DNA of 64,000 bases from an uncultured Collinsella sp. (GTDB taxonomy: Bacteria > Actinomycetota > Coriobacteriia > Coriobacteriales > Coriobacteriaceae): contig CABRGB010000004.1 of assembly GCA_902470345.1 (NCBI GenBank), positions 628 through 64,627 of the forward strand. The letters are read 5' to 3'. Numbering within the stretch: position 1 is the stretch's first letter; each line of letters starts with the position of its first letter. Made by a program: the position numbers and the translations under genes. Below are positions 42,720 through 52,449 of this stretch, piece after piece. Below the pieces are notes generated by a model. That model was not told where the DNA came from and made no database searches. It saw only the letters and a program-made list of their open reading frames with translations.

Positions 42720-42749
42720 GGCAGGGGCGAACCGCTGCCGGCACGCGTT

Positions 42750-42800
42750 ATGTCTGTCCCAAATGTGTGAAAGCACTCATGTAAGTCTGTCCCCAATGAG
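42750..42800 (-). repeat. Right 51-bp inverted repeat
   Basis: ATGTCTGTCCCAAATGTGTGAAAGCACTCATGTAAGTCTGTCCCCAATGAG. Confidence 0.9.
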
Positions 42801-42809
42801 TGCGAGTGC

Positions 42810-42842
42810 AAAAAGGCGCCCTCCATATGGGAGGGCGCCTTT
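42810..42842 (-). terminator. Intrinsic terminator after rpmB (possibly bidirectional)
   Basis: AAAAAGGCGCCCTCC-atatg-GGAGGGCGCCTTT. Confidence 0.8.
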
Positions 42843-42910
42843 GGTAAGTTCTATGTGAACGCGAGGTCTTTGACCCGGAGAGTCCGAGGTACTTGTTGGT
42901 AAGACCTTAT

Positions 42911-43099
42911 TTAGGAGCGCGCAACCTTGCCGGACTTGAGGCAGGTGGAGCAAACGTTCATCTTGCGACGGTGACCATCGACGACGACGTAGACGCGCTG
43001 GATGTTGGGGCGGAACTTACGGTTGGTGACGCGGTGAGAGTGGCTGATGGAGCGACCGGCAACGGGGTGCTTACCGCAAACTTCGCAAACTTTGGACAT
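42911..43099 (-). CDS. rpmB: 50S ribosomal protein bL28 (Cys-containing form)
   Basis: MSKVCEVCGK...SHSHRVTNRKFRPNIQ...CSTCLKSGKV; GGAGG RBS. Confidence 0.97.
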   Translation of the reverse strand: MSKVCEVCGKHPVAGRSISHSHRVTNRKFRPNIQRVYVVVDGHRRKMNVCSTCLKSGKVARS

Positions 43100-43405
43100 A
43101 ACTGACCCTCCTTGGGCGACAAACGAACATGTCGCGTTAACAAACAAGCCTGAACTATAGCACAGAAGCATGTCTCTGTGCGCAATCTACACAGAGATAT
43201 TTCTCTTTTGGCGATAGTGCCCACGCCACGGCCCTGGACGTAGATCCGAATTGCGTGCAGCAGAGGGGATTATGCCAGCTCGCAACAAGGTTTTCAAGCG
43301 CGTCCCACAAATATATATAGGTTTATGGAGCTATTGGCTCCGTTTACGGATTGACTAGTATTTATGCTCGCATTTGAGCCCGAGGTTGGCTACACTATGC
43401 CTTGA

Positions 43406-43511
43406 CCATTAAAGGGGTACGAGATACCCACATGGAATTACATAGCTGTCAATGAGCAGTACTTCCTGTGGGTGTCTGGTCCGCTTTGAGCGGTCGGGCA
43501 TCTATTTTTTT
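43406..43511 (+). promoter_or_regulatory. PyrR-type transcription attenuator leader
   Basis: Stem-loop CCAT-TAAAG-GGGTA-CGAGA-TACCC-AC-ATGG (43406-43435); 43465-43477 pairs with 43422-43435 (antiterminator); terminator hairpin plus T7 at 43470-43511; directly upstream of pyrR. Confidence 0.7.
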
Positions 43512-43538
43512 GACTGTGTCAGCAGTCAAGACATGTGA

Positions 43539-45067
<1,529 letters not shown>

Positions 45068-45084
<17 letters not shown>

Positions 45085-46357
45085 GAATGCCCACGTCGTC
45101 GACCCGTCCGTCGAGCTTGACGGTGTCGTTGACGTCCTGATCGACGGCGACAAGATCGCCGAGGTCGGCGAGAACCTCGCCGCCGAGGGAGCCGAGGTTC
45201 GCGACCTTTCCGGTAAGTACCTCGTCCCTGGCCTGGTGGACATGCACGTCCACCTGCGCGAGCCCGGCTACGAGGTCAAAGAGGACATCGAGAGCGGCAC
45301 CCGCGCAGCTGCCAAGGGCGGCTTCACCGGCGTGTGCGCCATGCCCAACACCGACCCCGTTACCGATAACGGTACCGTCGTTGAGTTCGTCAAGTCCCGC
45401 GCTGCCGAGGTCGGCCACTGCCGCGTCTATCCTTCTGGCGCCATGACCCGCGGTCTTAAGGGCGAGGCCATGTCCGAGATGGGCGATATGGTCGCCCACG
45501 GCGCCGTCGCCTTCACCGACGACGGTCGCGGCGTGCAGGGTGCAGGCATGCTTCGTCGCTGCATGGACTACGGCAAGATGTTCGGCAAGGTCTTTATGAG
45601 CCATTGCCAGGACGAGGACCTGGTCGGTCACGGCCAGATCAACGAGGGCAAGGTCTCTACCCGTCTGGCCCTCGAGGGCTGGCCGGCAGCAGGCGAGGAG
45701 CTGCAGATCGCTCGCGATATCGAGATTGCCAAGCTGACCGGTGCCAAGCTGCACATCCAGCACATCTCCACCGCCCATGGCCTGGAGCTCGTGCGTGCCG
45801 GTAAGGAAGCTGGCGTGCAGGTCACCTGCGAGGCCACCCCGCACCACATGTTCCTGACCGAGAACGACCTGGATGTGACCTACAACACTTCGCTCAAGGT
45901 CAACCCGCCGCTGCGTACCGATGAAGATGCCGAGGCTATCCGTCAGGGCGTCATCGACGGCACCGTCGACGTTATCGTCACCGACCACGCTCCCCACACC
46001 CCGTGGGAGAAGGCACGCGAGTTTGAGCTTGCGCCCTTCGGCATGATCGGCCTCGAGACCTCGCTGTCGCTCGTGCTCACCGAGCTGGTCAACACCGGTA
46101 AGATGGGCATGGGCCGCATGGTCGAGCTCATGGCCATCAAGCCGCGCGAGATTCTGGGTCTGGACCAGGTTCAGGTCAAGGTGGGCTCCGTTGCCGACCT
46201 GACCGTGTTCGATCCCACCGCCACCTGGACGGTCGGCGAGGGCGGCTACGAGTCGCGCGCCGAGAACTCCGGTTTTGCCGGCCGCACGCTCACCGGTCGT
46301 GCCACCGATGTGTTTGTCGGCGGTAAGCAGACGCTTGCCGACGGCTGCATCTGCTAG
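45068..46357 (+). CDS. pyrC: Dihydroorotase
   Basis: DMHVHLREPG, MPNT, EATPHH, KVNPPLR, TDHAPH. Confidence 0.95.
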
Positions 46358-46449
46358 CATAACCTTATCGCTTTTGTGCGCGGCGCCCTTGCGGTGCCGC
46401 GCTTTCTGTTCGCCTGAACCATGCAACCGCATGGGGGATTGGAGCGTCT

Positions 46450-47241
46450 ATGCCCACACCTTCCACTGCACGCATGCACGACTTCGAGGTCGTCTCGAAC
46501 CGGGAGATCGCCGACGGCATCTTCTCGCTCGTCATCTCGGCCCCCAAGCTTGCAAGTGCGCTCAAGCCCGGTCAGTTTGTGAACATCGCTGTGCCCGGCG
46601 ATGCGTCCTCGCTGCTTCGCGTGCCCCTGAGCTTCTATCGCGCCGACGCCCAGGCCGGCACCGTCGAGCTGTGGTACGCCGTCGTGGGCGACGACACCCG
46701 TCGTCTGTCGCAGATGGCCCCCGGTTCCACCTCTAATCTGCTGGGCCCTGGCGGCCGCGGCTGGCTTGTGCCCGAGGGCACCAGGAAGGCGCTGCTCGTT
46801 GCGGGCGGCATCGGTGTTCCGCCCGTGCTGTGCCTTGCCGGCATGCTTGCCGAGCAGGGTGTGGCCGTCGATGTGTGCCTGGGCTTTGGCACCGCGTCCA
46901 AGGCCGTGGGCATCGACGAGTTCCGCTCGTTGTGCGATACGGTTAACGTGTGCACCGACGACGGTTCGCTCGGCATGCACGGTTTCTGCACCGATCCTGC
47001 CGCCGAGCTGCTTGGCGAGGGCGGCTACGACTACGTCGCCAGCTGCGGTCCCGCCGTCATGATGAAGAAGGTCGCCGCCGCTGCCGCCGAGGCCGGCGCG
47101 TACTGCGAGGTGTCGCTCGAGCGCATGATGAGCTGTGGCTTTGGCGCCTGCAACACCTGCAATGTCGAGACGGTCGACGGTATGAAGGGCGCCTGCATGT
47201 GCGGCCCCGTGTTCGATGCTTCCAAGGTGGTGGTCTTCTAG
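46450..47241 (+). CDS. pyrK: Dihydroorotate dehydrogenase electron transfer subunit
   Basis: PGQFV, GGIGVPP, TDDGS, CGP, ERMMSCGFGACNTC..C..GPVF. Confidence 0.93.
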   Translation: MPTPSTARMHDFEVVSNREIADGIFSLVISAPKLASALKPGQFVNIAVPGDASSLLRVPLSFYRADAQAGTVELWYAVVGDDTRRLSQMAPGSTSNLLGPGGRGWLVPEGTRKALLVAGGIGVPPVLCLAGMLAEQGVAVDVCLGFGTASKAVGIDEFRSLCDTVNVCTDDGSLGMHGFCTDPAAELLGEGGYDYVASCGPAVMMKKVAAAAAEAGAYCEVSLERMMSCGFGACNTCNVETVDGMKGACMCGPVFDASKVVVF

Positions 47242-48164
47242 TGGGTACCGTGAACATGGCCGTCGATTTCGGCGGCGTCAAGATGCAGAACCCCATCAAC
47301 ACCGCAGCCGGTACCTTTGGCTACGGTTGGCAGTTCCAAAACTTCTTCGATGTCTCCCAGCTGGGCGCCATCACCACCAAGGGTTGCGCTGCCGAGCCCT
47401 GGCCCGGCAACCCTGCGCCCCGCATGGCCGAGATTCCCGGCGGTATGATCAACTCCGTGGGCCTTCAGAACCCCGGCGTGGCCGCCTTTGCTCGCGAGTC
47501 TGGTCCGTGGCTCGAGCAGCTCTCCAAGGACGGCTGCCAGGTCATCTGCCAGGTCGCCGGTCACTCCGTTGACGAGTTTGTCCGCGCGCTCGAGATGTAT
47601 GTCGAGCTGTGCCCCTGGGCTGCCGGCTACGAGATCAACGTCAGCTGCCCCAATATCGCCGCCGGCGGTGCCGCCATGGGCTCCTCGCCCGAGGGCGCCT
47701 CTGCCGTTATGGCTGCCTGCCGTAAGGTGACCGATAAGCCGCTGTTCGTGAAGATGGCGCCGGTCAACGTCGCCGAGATTGCTAAGGCTCTCGAGGCCGC
47801 CGGTGCCGACGGCCTTTCGGTCATTAACTCCATCCAAGGCATGGCTATTGACGTGCACACCCGCAAGTCCCGCGTGGCCAAGCCCAAGGGCGGCCTTTCG
47901 GGCCCGCTGTGCCACCACATCGCCGTGCGCATGGTCTGGGAGGTCGCCCAGGCCGTCGATATCCCCATCAACGGTGTCGGCGGCGTCATGACGGGCGAAG
48001 ATGCGGCCGAGTTTATCCTGGCCGGCGCCACCTGCGTATCGGTCGGTATGGCCAACTTCGTCGATCCGTGCGCCTCGATTAAGATTGCGCGCGAGCTCGA
48101 GGCCTGGGCCGAGTCCCAGGGCGTGAAGGACATCAACGAGCTGGTAGGTGCTTTCGAATGCTAG
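47241..48164 (+). CDS. pyrD: Dihydroorotate dehydrogenase 1B catalytic subunit
   Basis: AAGTFGYG, GNPAPR, NSVGLQNPG, EINVSCPN, GGLSGP; start GTG 47241 or ATG 47256. Confidence 0.95.
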   Translation: MGTVNMAVDFGGVKMQNPINTAAGTFGYGWQFQNFFDVSQLGAITTKGCAAEPWPGNPAPRMAEIPGGMINSVGLQNPGVAAFARESGPWLEQLSKDGCQVICQVAGHSVDEFVRALEMYVELCPWAAGYEINVSCPNIAAGGAAMGSSPEGASAVMAACRKVTDKPLFVKMAPVNVAEIAKALEAAGADGLSVINSIQGMAIDVHTRKSRVAKPKGGLSGPLCHHIAVRMVWEVAQAVDIPINGVGGVMTGEDAAEFILAGATCVSVGMANFVDPCASIKIARELEAWAESQGVKDINELVGAFEC

Positions 48165-48874
48165 AGACCGATGCCCGCGACCGCGTTATCGTCGCCCTCG
48201 ACTGCGACCGTGAGCGTGCATTCGAGCTCGCCCATGAGCTTTCGGGCCATGCCGCCTGGCTTAAAGTGGGCATGACGCTCTATTACGCCGAGGGTCCCGA
48301 GATCGTCAAGACCTTTAAGGACCTGGGCTTTAAGGTCTTTCTCGACCTTAAGTTCCATGACATTCCGCACCAGGTGCGCGGTGCCGCTCGCTCGGCCTCG
48401 CTTGCCGGTGCCGACCTGCTTTCGGTTCACGGCTTGGGTTCGGGTGCTATGCTCGCCGCCTGCCGTGAGGGTGCCGAGGAGGCGCGCGAGGATCGAGCCA
48501 AGCTTGTCGCCATCACCGTGCTTACGAGCATGAACCAGGACGCGCTGAGCGAGATTGGCGTCGAGTCGCCCGTTGCCGAGGAGGCCGCCCGTCTGGCAAA
48601 ACTCGCCCAGGCCAACGGTATCGACGGCATCGTGTGCTCGCCGATGGAGGCTCATGACATGCGTGAGCTGCTGGGCCCCGATGCGCTGATTGTGACCCCG
48701 GGCGTGCGTCCGGTTGGTGCTGCGCTGGGCGATCAGTCCCGCGTGGCCACACCTTCCCAGGCTATCGAGCGTGGCGCGAGCCATATCGTGGTGGGCCGCC
48801 CCATTACCGGCGCCGACGATCCGGTTGCCGCGTTTGACGCCATCGTTGCCGAGCTGGTCGAAAACGTCGCCTAA
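48158..48874 (+). CDS. pyrF: Orotidine-5'-phosphate decarboxylase
   Basis: IVALD, LKVG, FLDLKFHDIP, VTPGVRP, VVGRPIT. Confidence 0.96.
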   Translation: MLETDARDRVIVALDCDRERAFELAHELSGHAAWLKVGMTLYYAEGPEIVKTFKDLGFKVFLDLKFHDIPHQVRGAARSASLAGADLLSVHGLGSGAMLAACREGAEEAREDRAKLVAITVLTSMNQDALSEIGVESPVAEEAARLAKLAQANGIDGIVCSPMEAHDMRELLGPDALIVTPGVRPVGAALGDQSRVATPSQAIERGASHIVVGRPITGADDPVAAFDAIVAELVENVA

Positions 48875-49113
48875 AAGATTCCCTTAAGTCACCACTTTTT
48901 GGTTTCAATAGCACAAATTAGCCCCTGTGCCTGCGTAAACTTTCCCATCCTTTGTGTGGAATCGCAGGTCAGGGGCTCATCTTTTAGCGCGATATATTGC
49001 ACTTTTTGCAGGTATCGTCTAACCTATGGAGCCGCGCTTGGGCATTTTGTACGTTTTACGTGCTAAAATGCCAAATATTGAATCAGATATAACCCAACTA
49101 TTTGGAGGTACGA

Positions 49114-49422
49114 ATGGCACTCCCTCAGCTTACCGATGAGCAGCGCAAGCAGGCTCTTGAGAAGGCTGCCGCCGCGCGTCACGCTCGCGCAGAGCTCCGT
49201 GAGCAGATCAAGAAGGGCGAGAAGTCCCTCGAGTCCGTGCTCAACTCCGATGACCCCATCGCTTCCCGCATGAAGGTTTCCACCCTCATCGAGTCTCTCC
49301 CTGGTTATGGTAAGGCCAAGGCCGCCAAGATCATGGAGGAGCTCGGCATCTCCGCTACCCGTCGCGTCCAGGGCCTTGGCGTCCGTCAGCGCGAGCAGCT
49401 CCTCGAGCAGCTGACCAAATAA
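49114..49422 (+). CDS. mihF: Actinobacterial integration host factor (mIHF)
   Basis: ALPQLTDEQRKQALEKAAAAR, MKVSTLIESLPG.GK.KA..IMEELGI..TRRVQGLG; pyrF-mihF-gmk-rpoZ order. Confidence 0.93.
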   Translation: MALPQLTDEQRKQALEKAAAARHARAELREQIKKGEKSLESVLNSDDPIASRMKVSTLIESLPGYGKAKAAKIMEELGISATRRVQGLGVRQREQLLEQLTK

Positions 49423-49992
49423 GTGAGCGCTCAGGATTCAAAGCTCTTTGTGATTTCTGGACCGTCAGGCGCGGGCAAGGGCACGCTCGTCACTCGTGTG
49501 CGCGAGCGTCGCTCTAACCTGGGCCTGACGGTTTCGGCTACCACGCGAGCCCCACGCAAAGGCGAGGTCGATGGCGTCAATTACTTTTTCCTGACGCGCG
49601 AGGAGTTCGACCGCCGCGTGGCAAACGGTGAGTTTGTTGAGTGGGCCGAGGTCCACGGTAACTGCTACGGCACGTTGGTGAGCGAGGTCCAGTCCAAGCT
49701 CGCCTCTGGTTCGTCTCTCATCTTGGAGATCGATGTCCAGGGTGCCCTGCAGGTCAAGGAGCGTTTTCCCGAGGCCGTGCTGATCTTTATCAAGCCACCC
49801 TCGCTCGAGGTGCTCCGCGAGCGTCTGGTCGGTCGCGGTACCGAGACGCCCGAGACGATCGAGCTGCGTATGGCAAACGCCGCCCATGAGCTTGCCCTTG
49901 CCGACCGCTACGACGACGTCGTGGTGAATGACGATCTCGACCGCGCGACCGATGAACTCGTTCGCGTTCTCGATATGCATGAAAGGATCTGA
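49423..49992 (+). CDS. gmk: Guanylate kinase
   Basis: SGPSGAGKGT, SATTRAPRKGEVDG, EIDVQG. Confidence 0.96.
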   Translation: MSAQDSKLFVISGPSGAGKGTLVTRVRERRSNLGLTVSATTRAPRKGEVDGVNYFFLTREEFDRRVANGEFVEWAEVHGNCYGTLVSEVQSKLASGSSLILEIDVQGALQVKERFPEAVLIFIKPPSLEVLRERLVGRGTETPETIELRMANAAHELALADRYDDVVVNDDLDRATDELVRVLDMHERI

Positions 49993-49997
49993 GGTCC

Positions 49998-50279
49998 GTG
50001 TCCGTTGTAAAGCCTTGCATTGACGATCTTCTGGAGAAGACCGATCACAACCGTTTCCTGCTCGCTTCGCTTGCCTCCAAGCGTGCCTGCGACATCAATA
50101 GTATGCTGCGTGGCCAGCATAACCGCGTGCTTGCCGTTCAGGATGTCGACGACATCACCATCGCGCTCTCCGGCGCCGATACCATCTCGATGGCTATGGA
50201 CGAGATCGTCGACGGCGATATTTCCTACGACGAGGCCCGTTACGAGAAGGCGCTCGGCCACAAGGTTGCTGAAGCCTAA
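49998..50279 (+). CDS. rpoZ: RNA polymerase omega subunit
   Basis: P.IDDLLEK...RFLL...ASKRA..I, ISMAMDEI; follows gmk. Confidence 0.85.
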   Translation: MSVVKPCIDDLLEKTDHNRFLLASLASKRACDINSMLRGQHNRVLAVQDVDDITIALSGADTISMAMDEIVDGDISYDEARYEKALGHKVAEA

Positions 50280-51524
50280 ATGGCAGCCCGCGTCTGCCTG
50301 GTCCACTATCACGAGGTTGGACTGAAGGGCAAGAACCGCGCACATTTTGAGCATATCCTCATGGATAACATCAAGGCGGCCTTGGCCGCCTTTTCCGTGA
50401 ATGCCGTGTCTCGAATTTCCGGTTATATCCTCGTGACCTTTAACGAGCATCAGGCCGACGAGGCGGCGCGCGTCATTCGCACCGTCCCCGGCGTTGCCCG
50501 CGTGTCCCTGGCATATCACACGAACCGCGACCCGCAGGAGTACTGCGCCGCCGCCGTGAAGGCGCTGCGCGAGTTTGGTCCCTTTGAGTCGTTTAAGGTG
50601 CATGCCAAGCGCTCTAACACCGACTACGAGCTCACCTCGATTGATATCAATCGACAGGTGGGCGAGGTACTGTGTGAGGCCTTCCCCGATAAAAAGGTTC
50701 AAATGCACGACCCCGACGCGATGGTGCACGTACTGGTGGTCCAGGGTAGCGTTTACGTGTACGCACGCTCCGAGCGCGGCGTGGGCGGTCTGCCGGTGGG
50801 TTCTGCCGGCAAGGTCGTGACGTTGCTTTCCTCGGGCATCGATTCTCCGGTGGCAACCTGGATGCTCGCGCGTCGCGGCGCGGTGTGCGTGCCGGTACAT
50901 TTCTCCGGTCGTCCGCAGACGCCCGATACGAGTGAGTATCTGGTGCAGGACATCATCCGTGCGCTTGAGCCGGGTGTCCAGATTGGCCGTCTGTACGTGG
51001 TGCCGTTTGGCGATTGTCAGCGTGAGATCTCGGTGACCTGCCCCAGCAACCTGCGCGTGATCATGTACCGTCGCATTATGTATTCGGTTGCCGAGCGCAT
51101 TGCGCATATCGAGGGCGCCAAGGCTATCGTGACCGGTGAATCGCTCGGTCAGGTTGCTTCCCAGACGCTCGAGAACATTATGGCCGTCAACGAGGCTGTG
51201 AAGATCCCCGTGTTCCGTCCGTTGATCGGTTCGGACAAGCAGGAGATCATCGCACGCGCTGAGGAGATCGGTACGTTTGATATCTCGACTGAGGCCGCTC
51301 CCGACTGCTGCACGCTGTTTATGCCGCGCCGTCCCGAGACGCACGCTAAACTCGATGCCGTGCATGAGGCGTGGGAGCTGTTCGATCACGAGGAGATGAT
51401 TGAGCGTTTGCTCAAACAGACTGAGTACATCGACTTCGAGAGCAACACGTATAAGGCCCCTAAGACCTTAAAACGCAAGCATTCCGAGCTCGCTCCACGT
51501 GAGATTTACCAAGATCACGAATAA
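50280..51524 (+). CDS. thiI: tRNA 4-thiouridine synthase ThiI (THUMP plus PP-loop, no rhodanese domain)
   Basis: EVGLKGKNR, GGLPVG, LLSSGIDSPVA, TGESLGQVASQT, RPLIG.DK, DCC. Confidence 0.94.
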   Translation: MAARVCLVHYHEVGLKGKNRAHFEHILMDNIKAALAAFSVNAVSRISGYILVTFNEHQADEAARVIRTVPGVARVSLAYHTNRDPQEYCAAAVKALREFGPFESFKVHAKRSNTDYELTSIDINRQVGEVLCEAFPDKKVQMHDPDAMVHVLVVQGSVYVYARSERGVGGLPVGSAGKVVTLLSSGIDSPVATWMLARRGAVCVPVHFSGRPQTPDTSEYLVQDIIRALEPGVQIGRLYVVPFGDCQREISVTCPSNLRVIMYRRIMYSVAERIAHIEGAKAIVTGESLGQVASQTLENIMAVNEAVKIPVFRPLIGSDKQEIIARAEEIGTFDISTEAAPDCCTLFMPRRPETHAKLDAVHEAWELFDHEEMIERLLKQTEYIDFESNTYKAPKTLKRKHSELAPREIYQDHE

Positions 51525-51534
51525 TGTTGTGTAT

Positions 51535-51570
51535 AGACCGGCGGTGATTTTGCATCGTCGGTCTTTTTCT
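51535..51570 (+). terminator. Intrinsic terminator after thiI
   Basis: AGACCGGCGGTG...CATCGTCGGTCT then TTTT. Confidence 0.7.
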
Positions 51571-51642
51571 ATCTGGGCATTAGGCGATAAACGGTTCATT
51601 TGTCGACGTGTGCCTGAATAAATGGACACTTTTCCGCAAGGT

Positions 51643-51662
51643 TTTGGCCAGCTTTTGGTTTG
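51643..51662 (+). promoter_or_regulatory. Candidate regulatory box upstream of comEA-comEC (copy 2)
   Basis: TTTGGCCAGCTTTTGGTTTG; 19/20 identical to 22566-22585. Confidence 0.6.
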
Positions 51663-51738
51663 ACCGCGAAAACCGGTGTGGACGTGCGGAGGCTGCGGCG
51701 TTCGTTTCCTGACACGATGGTGTTGGGAGGTGTTTGCT

Positions 51739-52449
51739 ATGGCGCAGCGCGAGCAACACGAACGGGTTAAACGGATGGACCGCTGGGCAGAAAAGCTGCT
51801 CGGCCATAAGGCGGTGGTCGTGGCGATTCTGGTTGTCATTGCCGTCGCGAGCGGCTTGGCGATGGCATGTTTTAATAGCCGCTCCAGCGGCGTGTCGTTT
51901 GAGCGTACTGAGGAGGCGAGCGCCTCGGAAGTACGCGGGGCCGGGGATGCGTCACCTGACGATGCCGATGAATCGTCTGACAAGAGCTCTTCTGCTGTCG
52001 AAGTGTACGTCGATGTTGATGGCGCTGTTGCGAGGCCTGGCGTGTACCGGCTCAAAGACGGAGCGCGGGTATCCCAAGCGATCGATGCCGCCGGAGGGCT
52101 TACGGCCGAGGCGGATGTGACAGGGCTTAATCGTGCGTCCAAGATCACAGATGGTCAAAAGATTCATGTGCCGACGGTAGGGGAGCAACAAGCGACTGCG
52201 GCGGTCGGCGGGGCTGAAAGCGGTGCTGCCACGACTCCTGGTGCGGGGTCTTCGTCGGAGCTCGTGAACATTAATACGGCAAGTGCGGCGGAGCTGCAGA
52301 CGCTTTCGGGCATCGGGCCTTCTATGGCCCAATCGATTATCGACGAACGGACGCAAAACGGGGCCTTTGCCTCGGTCGATGACCTTATGCGTGTATCGGG
52401 GATCGGTGAGAAGAAGCTCGCCAAAATTAAAGATTGCATCTGCGTATGA
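51739..52449 (+). CDS. comEA: Competence DNA receptor ComEA (TM, SLBB, HhH)
   Basis: N-terminal TM; VDVDGAVARPGVY, DAAGG, VNINTA..ELQTLSGIG, VSGIGEK; GGGAGG RBS before ATG 51739. Confidence 0.92.
   Translation: MAQREQHERVKRMDRWAEKLLGHKAVVVAILVVIAVASGLAMACFNSRSSGVSFERTEEASASEVRGAGDASPDDADESSDKSSSAVEVYVDVDGAVARPGVYRLKDGARVSQAIDAAGGLTAEADVTGLNRASKITDGQKIHVPTVGEQQATAAVGGAESGAATTPGAGSSSELVNINTASAAELQTLSGIGPSMAQSIIDERTQNGAFASVDDLMRVSGIGEKKLAKIKDCICV

Larger units (their letters stand above)
42037..42800 (+). mobile_element. REP-associated tyrosine transposase (RAYT, IS200/IS605 Y1 superfamily) cassette
   Basis: Y1/HUH transposase ORF bracketed by 51-bp inverted repeats. Confidence 0.75.

Noticed and set aside
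43100..43400. tRNA or ncRNA between rpmB and pyrR
   Set aside because: No cloverleaf or TTC loop; the region is explained by divergent promoters and small hairpins.
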